64,000 bases of DNA from Botryllus schlosseri. Its lineage: Eukaryota. A program made the position numbers and the translations under genes. Location: the NCBI GenBank assembly GCA_051294905.1, contig CM119371.1, forward strand, positions 17,610,001 to 17,674,000, in the 5' to 3' direction. This document shows positions 13,074-25,770 of the stretch, piece by piece (the stretch's first letter is position 1; each line of letters begins with the position of its first letter). The notes under the pieces are model-generated. The model was not told the origin of the DNA. It saw nothing but the letters and a program-made list of their open reading frames with translations, and did not search any database.

Positions 13074-15678
13074 TTTGGTAGGCAGGTATTATCAGATGCG
13101 TAGACATTAGCTCCATTCACCCGTCATCCAATATATATATAGAGGGTCGATTTATAATTTTGAGGGAAATACTGTACATATTTCGCATTTCTGGAACTTT
13201 GTGACTGCTGCTGCTAATTTATCATCATCAAACTACACATTCCAATAATTTATTGCCATGTTTGACTAACCAAGGGAATTATAGCTCCCTCCGTAACAAA
13301 ACATAGCTTAACCTCGTCCCAGTTTACAGGCAAACTTCCGAAGTTTCATAGCTCGCAGCTATTATAATAAAATTAAGCTCACAATTAATGTCCTATTCTG
13401 GGCAGTACTAACAATCTGGGACAGTGGTTCCCAAACTAGCTGTAGCGATTCCAGTGGTGTCGTTTGCCTATTCTCTAAGGTCGCAGACACGGAAATTAAA
13501 GAAAAAATATTACAAGAATGCCAATTAAGCGGATGCTGTCGTCGGCTCATTTCTGAATACACGAAGTCTGAGGAATACGAACCTGCTAAACAAGTCATCA
13601 GATCAGTCGAACGTCATTTCGAAGAGCCACCTTCAATAAATAACTTAACTGGCCATCACTGTCAGGATTAAGGTATTGGGAAAATAATAAAATTCAATGT
13701 GACGTTCTACGAAAACTATACGAGTATGACCGGTAGTGCTATACGCAAACAGTATGATACATACATACACGCTAGGGCAGATCATGCACCGGAACTGGAT
13801 TGTTTATCCGGCCGGAATTCTCATTTTTGGCCGGAGCCGGATAGGAGCCGGGTCAGTACTATTTTGATACGATCAGAATATTTAATGATTAGCATAATTT
13901 TTACAACTAAATAACACCAGCCGACCACGCCCAAGTAACCGCCAAGCCAGAGCAAAAATTAACGAGCCAGATTTATGAATTCACGGAACCACCATTCCGT
14001 GCAGGGCAGAGCATGGGTCGCCGCCGGATCAGACATTGAAAAACAGGATGGGACCAGAGAATTTGTCGATCCGCTCCACACTGATGCAGCGCGGCCGGAT
14101 GATAACTCATTTACGATCGTTATCTATATTTCTATCTAATTGACTATAATTCGATTAACTATAGATAGAAATCCTCATAAAAAAACTTTATACGTTCCTG
14201 CAGTCTTGGCTGAATATTTTGAAGGACGTATAGGTTGAAGAGTTCATCGTTGCTTTTACTGAGCACATATAGTCGCCAGCTTCACACATACGCCGTAAGT
14301 AGGTTTGGACGTAGGTGCTGACTATTTTTTAGTAACCAGCACACCAAATTGAGAGGTTGGGTCGCGGAAATATTTTCAAATCGAAATTTGAAGTCGCGAC
14401 CATAAAAAAGTTTGGGCCACCCTGCTCTATAGGTTGACCACGGAATATCTTCAAACAGGAAAGGGACCACGACCAAAATAGTTTGAAAACCACTTGACTA
14501 GCACTTACTGACACTTCATTATGGTTAACTCTATTATAGTTCTGTTTAGTCAATGTTTAGATGAGAATAAGACTCATGAAGATAATGTTTCATGATATAG
14601 CGTCGAGAGTGCGTTTTACATCCACATCACTATAATATAAATACTATGTAGTATATAGTATACTACTATGCAATGCGAAACAGTATATCACGCCTATACT
14701 AGCAATACATATGAATGTAGGCTCTCCCTGTGAAACCGCGGGGAGTTTAACGATGCTGTTCCAATATGTCTATCATGAAAAAGCACATATCATCAGTGTG
14801 ATTATTATGCATGCACGAGACACAGTCGGAGGTTACAGTCTAATTCCGATTGAAATATTGGCATGATCAGCATTTAAAACTCAATCAATTCCATCTGGTT
14901 AAGCCGAAATCGACAAAATCCTAATTCTGCACCGAGAGCAGGCCGATGAATCATTATTTTTAGGCCTTTATTTTCTAATAGCATGTCGGCCGCTCGATCA
15001 GTGGTTTTCAACGTTTTCATCTCAAGGCCAGATCAAATTTCAAATTAATTAGTGTTGCTGACGGGTAAACCTTCACAAGTCAAAATAAAGCCAAATTTAA
15101 TCATGACAAATGTATACAACTCAAGTATATCGTTGGAACCTTTTTTTGATCGTAGTCAATTATACGATGTTCTGTAGAGGTTTCCGCAAGGCAACGCTCG
15201 CGAAGTCCTGCTAAATGCCACTGACTTGATTGTGATTATTCGAAATCATCTGAAAGAAACGCGACTTTGCTGGTTACCGTAGCCCTGCGGTTCTTAAACT
15301 TTTCAGGCCATGAACTAAATCTGAATTTAGCGTAGGAGTCGGTAAACCCTGGCATGCGAGAAGATTTTCCATGACACGCCAAATAAATTAACAGACACGA
15401 CATTTTTTATTTATGTTTGTTGCAAAAGGTGAAACAAAAGGTGTCAAAATAGCAAAACATGCGGGTGACAAAAAATATTTCGTAAATCAATATAGACCTG
15501 CGTAGAGTCTTTTTGAGCAGGTTCTATTTATTATTTATAAATTTTCTCCGCGTTTCAAGCGATTTATTGGAGCAGGATTTGATTTTAAAGTAGATACCTC
15601 TAACAGTAGGCTACATCGAAAAAATAGCCTACAAAATATGCTTAACATAAAGCAATGGCCTCAAACATATTAGGAGTG

Positions 15679-15976
15679 TTTGTTTGTTTGTTTTTGTTTG
15701 TTTGTTTGTTTGTTTGTTTGTTTGTTTGTTTGGGGGTATTCATGGTGTTTGTCGACTACTATGGTCATTTACACCAGGCCGATATTCTTCTTATTTTCCG
15801 TAACTGCCGACTTATAGCACGGCCCACCTCTAGGCTTTTGTAAGACACCGCTGACGCGGATGAGGTGGCGAGGAGGAGCCTAGGTAAACCTCCAACACTT
15901 AGGTATCGGAATTCGGAGGTCGACCTCAGTCGGACTCGAACCCGCACCCATTGGTGTTGCAGCCGTGGATTATACC
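15679..15976 (-). mobile_element. 5'-truncated tRNA-derived SINE with (AAAC)n tail
   Basis: B-box GGTTCGAGTCC on the minus strand (about 15932-15942); (GTTT)n at 15678-15731; TSD TAGGAGTG at 15671-15678 and 15977-15984. Confidence 0.8.
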
Positions 15977-17755
15977 TAGGAGTGCACAGGAGTGCACGGC
16001 ATGCTAACATCATATGAGGCCGCTGGGATGGATGCTTTAGCAGTTTAGCTAGTGTTGCGCTCTGTGTAGCCTGTGTTCGGTTAGCGTGACTATCAGAAAC
16101 TGGCATTTCGCCAATGGGTGTTTCTAAGCTAGGAGACACCAAGACATATTGTTTCAGCTAAGATGCCTATCCTTGAAGTGCGCTCCGAAAATGATTGAAG
16201 GCAATAATCTCTAAATTACATAACAGTCGCATGTTCGCCAAAACATTCGATATTGATATGTCAAAGCGTCGAGATGACCAGCCCCGATAGTCCTGCGGTT
16301 GAGCCGCACGGGGCAAATGAGAACTGCAGAGAAAAAACAATGAGCCCCACGACGAAATATAAATTTGAAGTTGTGTTCGTCTCACGAAAGAGAGATTTAG
16401 AGAGTCTTTATTTTTCCACCCAACTAAAATACATAACAATACGGCAACGATAGTGGTACAGAAAATAAGGATAATTTATTTTAGTTTCGTCTGGTACGTG
16501 GAACCGATTCCAATATCTTTTGAACAGCGACAGTCTAACCGCGATGCTTAGAGGTTTCCAGACAAACCTAATGTGTCATCGAAAGTCAAAACCGATTGTA
16601 TGATAGAGAGGTGGACACATTTTTTATGATCAAGCCATACAGTCGTAACAGTGTCACTTATTGGCTATGGTACCGAACACAGTGAAACTACAAAAGCAAC
16701 TACAGAATATAGATCTTATCGTGGCAAATATATATTTTGCAATAAATTATGCAATTATTACGTATAATGATATATCTTTGATCCGGTAGCGGCCAGAATT
16801 ATACCCCTAGCCAGGGCCGTAACAGCACTTCGTCAGCCCCCCCCCCAAAAAAAACGTTGGTCTTGCCCCCCCCCCCACATAATGATGATAAACTGAACCT
16901 CTGGGGGATACTCCCCCAGACCTCCCTCACGCTATCCGCTATTTACCGTTATACTATTGTCATTTAGTTTGGCCGCCTTGGAATGGGCCAGCTCTTCTCA
17001 CCTAGACGCGCAAAGCGCAAATTTTTTTTATAATCCATGATTGAATAGGCAAATATGATCGGGAATTGCATATATTTTGCTGCTCACGTCATCAGATTTA
17101 CAGGTGAGGCGTGTTTGAAAAGGTAGGACCCCTCAATAATATATTAAACACCTTCGGGCGTATACCCGTTGGCAGGAAGAAAACAGCACTTCGTCAGGCC
17201 CCCGAAAAAACTTGGGTCTTGGGCTACCACAGGGTGATGAACTCACCCACAATCACGTTGTTCGCTTTTGCCACGAAATTAGCATCGTACCTTGTAGTGA
17301 GCCAGCGCCATGCGCGAAAATTTTCGATAAATCATGATAAAATCGGTCAAAAAGACAGGAAATTGCATATCTATTGCTATCAATTTCTTGTCCTCTCTGC
17401 TCACGTAATCAGATTTACCGGCAGAGTTGAGTCAGGTGTCTTGGAAACTGTAGGGACATTTGGTATGACTCCGTATAACATGATGTTATTTAGTGACCTT
17501 CTGTCTGCTATATCAAAATATATAGAATCGGCCAAACGTAGGCTACTAAAGTAAAAGACGCACACGATTTCAAATTGGTATTTCTTGATTGGCATATAAT
17601 TTTTCCCTGCGGGATGGTGTGTGTCTTGTGAGATTCAGATTGCCAAGACAGAAATATTCGGCGCCAGTCATTTAGGCGCCTATGGACAGTTGAACCTATT
17701 TGTATTTTGTATATATAGCGAAGTTTTCGGTCAACATAAGGGCAGTCCTTTTCGG

Positions 17756-19021
17756 CAGGGCTTCGGAGCAGCCGTAAATTTAAACTGCTCCAGCTCCGGC
17801 TCCGGAGCGATCTTCTATCATACATTAGCTCCGGCTCCAGCTCCGGAGCCGCATTATAACCACTGCTCCGGCTCCAGCTCCGGCTCCGGCTCTGAAATTA
17901 TCGAATGGTCTTGTCTATATCAGGCGTGGTCCACAAATGTGGCCCACGAGAGGGTTTTGCGTGGCCCGCGAGGCAATGTCCTATTATATTATCGAAAATG
18001 AATTGCTCAGATTGTGAACTTGCAATGCCAACTAAAAATTACAATTCTGGCTGCGACACTTAGGATGTTGATGACTAAAATATCAGTTCCGACGCATTGG
18101 CAGATCCAGGGTCCAGTCATATATTCAATAAATCGTCGTACATTACAATAAACTAAAATAGGAGCAAAATTTTTCTTCACGCTTCGCGTGTTTAATTGTC
18201 ACACGATTTCTTGCTTGGTAGCCTACCCCCTACTGAAAATGAAAAAAACGCCTAATTTACCGGATTGAGTCTAACTCTATTTGCAATTACGGAAGAAAGT
18301 CTTTTCGCGTTTGCGCTCGCATAAAAATCGTCGATGGTGAAATGTAGGCACAAATGATTGTCGCATATCATCGGAGACCTTCGATAACGATGTGTCCAGA
18401 CGCCGAATAGTCGTGTCCTTGTAAAATGAGCCTAGCGGGTGGTATACAATAGACCCGCAATACTCACCTAGTTTATTTATAAACTTAGAAAATTTTACCC
18501 GCTTGGCGTGGCTAGTTGTCCGCGCACTCGTTCGTCAATTGCATGTGCCCCTTTAGCCGAAAAAATTGGCCATTCCTGTTCTATATAGATTACTAATCCA
18601 CTAATAGGTTCGATATCTATAGTAATCTAGAGTCCGTCAGCCGTCAGTAACATCCGATGTAGTAACAAAGACATATAGGTGCCGCCGTGCCGGCTTGTGA
18701 CTTCAAACTGAATACTTGTCAATTGTCGACAACATCATAGTTGCACTAGAACGCAATTTACTCCATGCCATTGCTGTGCACGGCATTAAAATTCAGGCCT
18801 GGTGTTCAATTATGATAAATCAGCAGATGTGGTTGTTGCATATAAAACAGCATCTTATGAAATAGGTCGGAGCCGGAGCTACTCCTCAAATAACGGGCTC
18901 CAGCTCCGGCTCCAGCTCCGGCTGAATTTTATGTAGAGCTCCGGCTCCGGCTCCAGCTCCGGTGAAAATGCACGGCTCCGGGGCTCCGGCTCCGGGCTCC
19001 GGCTCCGGCTCCAAAGCCCTG
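17756..19021. mobile_element. Non-autonomous hAT with (GCTCCG)n subterminal arrays
   Basis: TIR CAGGGCTTCGGAGC...GCTCCAAAGCCCTG; perfect 8-bp TSD CTTTTCGG. Confidence 0.9.
17921..18578 (+). mobile_element. hAT MITE family F, copy 1 (nested)
   Basis: CAGGCGTGG...CCATTCCTG; TSD GTCTATAT/TTCTATAT (7/8); homologous to 29007-29730. Confidence 0.8.
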
Positions 19022-19920
19022 CTTTTCGGCCAAGGTTTTCTCGCTGCCGATCGTCCTGACCCACTTCTTGGAGTCGCATGTTACATGGCCTAAAACTTTA
19101 TATGTCTTGGTAAATCGTGGCGCGATAATGGCCAATGCTGACGTGCCAATTTCTATAAATCATGCGTATTTTTTCTTGGGGGAAGAGTAGGTAAGATGTG
19201 GTACCGATGGATCAGAAATTGGAAAATGATCGTTGGCCCCAAAATGTTCAGCCGAAAACAGCAGATATTTTGCTGGCTCAGCACTTTGATACAAGCTCTA
19301 CCTATCGCGCGCATATACATGAATATCCGTCTTTTCGAAAAATATTTATGGACGTTTAAAATTTGTTGCTCGAACGTGTCATCGGTCCCCAACCGGTGGG
19401 TCCAATGGCACACGACCCGGGGCCCTATGACACATATACCCTAAAAAACTCAGATGTGACAACTTTTCTTGCTCAGTATTATAATCTAAGCTACAGCAAG
19501 TCAAAGAAGAATTTTCGGTCGCAACCGTCAAAAAATATATTAAATATTAAATCAAATGTTGTCATAAAATCACGTTTCGATTTAGGCTCGGACTTGTAAG
19601 TTTGAGGGTACATGCATATTCCGCGAAAATCGACGGTGTGACGTGCATATACCTCGTTATGGCGATAAAACATTATATGCAATTATTACATAAAGATTTT
19701 CTGTACGCAGTCATATTTCATTTGTTTCATGATTAGTATGCTTGATTATTTTGCTTGATTTGGCTGTTGTATCATCGGTCCCCGCCCTACTAATTTTGTA
19801 TATGAATCGAAAAAAATTCCACTCAAGGAAACTACTGAAAAAAATAATGGTTTCCATTATACAGCCTGATGCAAGCTCTAGACCAGTGCTCTTCAACCGG
19901 GGTTGTCGTACACCCTAGGG

Positions 19921-20889
19921 CAGGGGTGGGCAAACTTTTGAGCTCGCGGGCCGCATTCGACATCTGAATCCATTCGCGGGCCGCACTATATTAAATTGGG
20001 ACTATACACCAAAACGCAGTAGTGGTGTTTGATTATATCATATAGTGATGGCATGGGGATAATATATATGCTTATTCAATGCAAACCAAACATTACTTTG
20101 ATGATATCGGACAAGCGTGCGAGAAACAGTGGCAAGATTTCATAGGCTGGTCGACCGCAAGAACCAATTTGTCGGTTGTCCCGATTCTTAGAACAGGATT
20201 GAAATTTAAATCTGTGAGCAGCGATCAGTTCATAGATTTACCGATTCCACTTTTGGTACAGTTCCAGGAGACACAATGCTGACAGCATCATAACCATGTT
20301 AGCTTCAAACACGCTTCTACTATGTGTAGATAAAATATACATCCCCTAATTGTACGCATACAGAGAACGAATCTACCCAAGACACGAGCGAATCGTTATT
20401 ATAAGCACACCACTGAAATAACTAAAACTGGACTGGCCAATCCGAAATGACACTCGTGATCCGAATTATGTCAATGCCGTTTAGGATTTCTGTGATGTTT
20501 ACCAGTTGAAACCTGTTAAACTGCGTGGGCCTTGAGATTGGGCTGTCGCGCCAGAAATTGAACATAAAAGTAAAATAGGAAGTAATTACCCAATAATTGT
20601 ATGTAAATCGCGCGAAGCGCGAAAAAAATTAGTTGAGCTCAGCTACGCGCCCCCTTCAGCTGCTTTCACGACCTCCAAGGAGGGTGCACTCCTCCATTTG
20701 ACAACCACTGTCTTGGAATTATTATGGTGAAATATACTGAGAAAAAGGTTAATCAAGGCCCTGCATTTATTCGATTTTTAGTTTGCATTTTATCAATATT
20801 TTTGATAAGTTTCTCTAGACTCTCGCGGGCCGCACAGAACGATGTCGAGGGCCGCATGCGGCCCGCGGGCCGTAGTTTGCCCACCCCTG
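19921..20889. mobile_element. hAT (Charlie-like) MITE nested in family C
   Basis: TIR CAGGGGTGGGCAAACT; perfect 8-bp TSD CCCTAGGG; GCGGGCCGCA subterminal motifs. Confidence 0.9.
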
Positions 20890-20952
20890 CCCTAGGGTGT
20901 ACCAGAATTTGCAAAGGGTGTACCACTCGGATGGGGTGTACAGGGGTGTACC

Positions 20953-23188
20953 CAGCACCGTAACTGCCGCACCCCAAACCCCCCAATTGGGGGGGGCCCG
21001 AGCTCGAAGGGGGCCCGAAATTATTTCGTGCATTAACATAAATTATAGAGTATTTTTTGAAAATTTATGCAACTTTTTCGAAAATTTTTCGCGCTGCGCG
21101 CGATTTCAAGTTGCCACGTATCTTGGTTTTGGAGTACTCTTGCCCCCCCCCAAAAAATAAGCAAGATTTATGGAAATGGGCATATCGGCGTTGGTCATTA
21201 TCGCGCCACGATGTACCAAGACATGTAAAGTTTTAGGCCATATAACAAGCGACTCCAAGAAATGTGCTAGAACGATCGGCAGTGAGAAAACCTTGGCCGA
21301 AAAGGACCGCCCTTATGCTGACCGAAAACTTCGCCTAAATGACTGGCGCCGAATGTTCCTGTCTTGGCAATGTGAACCTCACAAGACAAATACCATCCCG
21401 CAGGGGAAATTATATACCAGTGAAGAAATGCGAATTTGAAATCGTGTGTGTCTTTTAGTTTAGTAGCCTACGTTTGGGCGATTCTATATTTTTTGATATA
21501 GCAGACAGGGGGTCACGAAATAACATTATGTTAGGGAGTCATAGCAACGGGCCCTACAGTTTCCAAGACACCTCACTCAGCTCTGCCGGTAAATCTGATT
21601 ACGTGAGCAGAGAGGACAAGAAATTGATAGCAATATATATGCAATTCCCGATCTTATTGACCGATTTTATCATGAATTATCGAAAATTTTCGCGCTTGGC
21701 GCTGGCTCACTAAACACTACGACTAATTTCGTGGTGAAGCGAACGTCATTGGGGGTCGGTTTATCACCCTATGGGAGCCCAAGACCCAAGATTTTTTAGG
21801 GGCCTGACGAAGTGCTGTTTCGTTCCTGTCAATGGGTATACGCCCGAAGATGTTTAATTATTATTGAGGGGTCCTAGTCCTACCTATTCAAACACGCCTC
21901 ACTCAGCTCTACCTGTAAATCTGATTAGGTGAGCAGAGAGAGGGTAAAAATTGATAGCAATAGGGGAGATGTGGTACCGATGGATAAAAAATTGGAAAAT
22001 GAGCGCTGGCCCCAAAATGTTCAGCCGAAAACAGCAGATCTTTTGCTGGCTCAGCACTTTGATACAAGCTCTACCTATTGCGCGCATATACATGAATATC
22101 GGTATTTTCAAAAAATATTTATGTACGTTTAAAATTTGTTGCTCGAACGTGTCATCGGTCCCCACCCGGTGGGTCCAATGGCACACGACCCGGGGACCTA
22201 TGACACATATACCCTAAAAATCTCAGATGTAACAACTTTTCTTGCTCAGTATTATAATCTAAGCTACAGCAAGCCAAAGAAGAATTTTCGGTCGCAACTG
22301 TCAAATAATAGAGTAAATATTGACTCAAATGTTGTCATAAAATCACGTTTCGATTTAGGCTCGGACTTATAAATTTGAGGGTACATACATATTGCCCGAA
22401 AATCGACAGTGTGACTTTCAAAGACCTCGTTATAGCGATAAAACATCATATGCAATTATTACATAAAGATTTTCTGAATGTAGTCATGTTTCATTTGTTT
22501 CATGATTAGTATGCTTGTTTATGTTGCTTGATTTGGCTATTGTATCATCGGTCCCCTCCCCACCCTACTAATTTTGTACATGAATCGAAAAAAATTCCAC
22601 TCAAGGAAAGTACTGAAAAAAATAATAGGTGCCATTATATAGCCTGATACAAGCCCTAGACTTCACAATAAAAATGATTGCTGGTTTGTTCGTGTTGAAG
22701 GTTGCAAAGAAAAATGTATATGTCGATCTAAATTTACTTTACACCTCCAAAAACAAAAACATCTGTGAGAGACCCCATAGTTCGCGCACGTCGAATTTTT
22801 TTGTATGTGAGGAAAGATGTTGCCAGCATGCAATTGTAGACAAGTTCACGGAGGTAATCATGGAATTATCATAGAGAATTTTCAAAGTATTTTCGGTCCC
22901 AGTGATCCATCGGTACCACATCTCCCCTACGTATGCAATTCCCGATCATATTTACCGATTCAATCACGAATTACAGAATTTTTTCGCGCTTCGCGCGTTT
23001 AGGCGAGAAAAGCGAACTCAGTCAACGGAGCCCCATGTAAGATGATAAGCAGCGGCTAACGGCGTACATGATACAGCCTGAGGGGGGTCTGGGGGGCGAA
23101 GCCCCCCAGACGTTCGGTTTATCATCATATGGGGGGCCCAAGACCAAAGTTTTGGGGGGGGGCCTGGCGAAGTGCTGTTACGGCCCTG
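20953..23188 (-). mobile_element. Family A copy 3 nested in family C
   Basis: Reverse complement of 8829-10118; perfect 8-bp TSD GGTGTACC. Confidence 0.9.
21963..22927 (+). mobile_element. TA-flanked MITE family B, copy 2 (intact, 965 bp)
   Basis: TIR GGGGAGATGTGGTACCGATGGAT; TA TSD; superfamily uncertain (a TA TSD suggests Tc1/mariner-pogo). Confidence 0.85.
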
Positions 23189-24447
23189 GGTGTACCAGAT
23201 CCGAATTACAATGAGCTATCACAAAGGCAGGTTTATGGGTCAGTACAGGTTGACGCACAGGTTAATGAGCAGTATGGTACGATGTTACCTCAAAGGTGAT
23301 ACTGTACAACGCTTGATTGTGATGTCATAAGCAAATATTTCTCCTATTCATTTAGCAGTCGGCAATAGACCAATGGTTCCGTTTGGTGTTGGAAAGTATG
23401 CAGTTAACAAACATGTGTCCAGCTATAGTCATTTGTCTTTTAGTGATTTTTGAGGAAACCGCTGCGATAGCTCAGACTTCTCGAATCAGTACTTCCTACC
23501 CGACGTTAATAAATACCCCAATGCACATAAATGAAATGACGTAGCCAGCCAGGGTCGAAACAGCTTCCATGTTGAAATCGAAACCCTTTTGTTTTAAAAT
23601 GCCGATTTTATGTCCAATATTTCGCCATACATTTGCAATTTAGTATTTTGTTATTAGTGATGCCAATTAGCGACAATTGACTGTGTATAGCGGCATACGA
23701 TCTGAGGTGACTGACATCTCTTCCAGCCCATTTGCTACTATCGACTTTGTGTGGTGTGAGGCAGGCCTGATACGCAGTAGGCTGGCGCGCCTGCTATCAT
23801 CGCTGATCTGAATTACCACTTCTGCAGCAGTAGCTTTACCTACTCTCTGCCCAATACTGTTACATTTAGGTTGATTATCGTCCGTAATGTCATGCTGTTT
23901 TGGGGCTGACACGAAATAAATTCCAATTTGCGTGGCGGGCGGCCTAACTGGCTGCGAATAGACTCTGTGACCAAATACTATTTTGTTCAAATCCAATTTT
24001 TTTTGACGGCAATAACTCCGCTTCTACTGGTTGGAATTGAACCAAATTTGAAGAACATCATTTTTATAGACAACCTAATACTTTCATGGGGTGAACAGAA
24101 AAATTTCACATTTTTCGTAATTTATTTTTATATAATAAATAGAAAATTTCTTCTCCCGTAGCCATGCGGCTACTGGTTGGAATTGAACCAAATTTGGTGT
24201 GTAGGCTTAAGTTAGGTAACCAAACAATTTTATCAAGTAGCCAGTACGATTTGAGGAAAAAAGTCATTTTTGAAGACCCCTAATGAACAGGGGTGTACGA
24301 GTTTTGAGCAAACGTTAAAAGGGTGTACCACGTCGAAAAGGGTTGAAGAGCACTGCTCTAGACTACACAATAAAAATGATTGCTGGTTTGTTCGTGTTGA
24401 AGGTTACAAAGAAAAATGTATATGTCGATCTAAATTTAGTTTACACC

Positions 24448-25770
24448 AGTAGTATAGTAGATCGCTCGCATGCGGCCATGGGGTTCTTATGGGCCCGCTC
24501 GCATATCGCCGCGAAACTCGTGTTGGCATATCGCGCTTTTAGACCCCCCTTCCGCTGGCACATCGCCATTGGTTCTTATGGGTGCGCTCGCATGTCGCAC
24601 TTTCGGGTATGGGCATCTCTCGCACATCGCATGGAAAACTCGTGGTGGCACATCGCACTTTTAGGTATAGGCATCTCTCGCACATCGCATGGAAAACTCG
24701 TGGTCGCATTCGCCATGTGTTCTTATGGGTGCGTCGGCATATCGCACTTTCGGGTATAGACATCTCTCGCACATCGCATGGAAAACTCATGGTGGCACAT
24801 CCCCTTTTCGGGTATAGGCTGCGGTGATGATGTGCCTGTCATGTATTCTTACGGGATCTCTGGTGATTCCCCATGTGTTCTTATGGGTGCGGTCGTGATT
24901 CGCCTTTTCGGGTATAGGCTGCGGCGGTGAGGTGCCTGAAAACCCGGGGTGGTGACTCGCCTTTTTTGCTATAGGCGGTGGTGGTGATTCGCCTGTCGTG
25001 AGGCGATCGCTCGCATGACGCCATTGTGGCTTATGGGCGGGGTGGCGAGCTAACGAGAAACCGGGGGTGGCGAACTAACGTTTTCGTCTTATGGCGGGGG
25101 TGGCGAACTAACGTTTTCGTCTTATGGCGGGGGTGGCGAGCTAACGAGAAACCGGGGGTGGCGAACTAACGTTTTCGTCTTATGGCGGGGGTGGCGAGCT
25201 AACGAGAAACCGGGGGTGGCGAACTAACGTTTTCGTCTTATGGCGGGGGTGGCGAACTAACGTTTTCGTCTTATGGCGGGGGTGGCGAACTAACGTTTTC
25301 GTCTTATGGCGGGGGTGGCGAGCTAACGAGAAACCGGGGGTGGCGAACTAACGTTTTCGTCTTATGGCGGGGGTGGCGAGCTAACGAGAAACCGGGGGTG
25401 GCGAACTAACGTTTTCGTCTTATGGCGGGGGTGGCGAGCGGCTATTGATGCTAACACGAAACCCGGGGTGGCGAGCGGCACTTATTTCTTATGGCGACGG
25501 CTCTTATTTCTTATGGCGGGGGTCGCAAGCGGCTCTTATGTCTTATGGCGGGGGTGGCGAGCGGCTATTGCGTCTTATGGGTGCGGTCGCATGCGGCTAT
25601 TGTGTCTTATGGGTGCGGCCGTGAATCGCCCTTTCGGTATAGGCATCTCTCGCACGTCGTACTTTCGCATGTCGTGCTTTCGCGTATAGGTTGTGTTGGT
25701 GATTCGCCATGTGTTCTTATGGGTGTGGCGGTGATTCGTACTTTCAGGCATCTCTCGCGCGGTGTTGAAT
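24448..25770. repeat. GC-rich subterminal repeat zone of the left arm (58-bp repeats at 24590-24810; 33-bp/25-bp array at 25041-25437)
   Basis: Units GAACTAACGTTTTCGTCTTATGGCGGGGGTGGC (33 bp, 8 copies) and GAGCTAACGAGAAACCGGGGGTGGC (25 bp, 5 copies). Confidence 0.9.

Larger units (their letters stand above)
19884..24355 (+). mobile_element. Non-autonomous hAT family C, copy 1 (contains two further insertions)
   Basis: Perfect 15-bp TIR CAGTGCTCTTCAACC; perfect 8-bp TSD CTCTAGAC; second copy at about 56400-57594 shows the empty sites. Confidence 0.9.

Noticed and set aside
17621..19135. Ser/Gly, Pro/Glu and Arg/Ser-rich ORFs
   Set aside because: They are translations of (GCTCCG)n transposon subterminal repeats.
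25041..25437. CRISPR-like regular repeat array
   Set aside because: There are no unique spacers, only two alternating fixed units; the context is eukaryotic and no cas genes are present.
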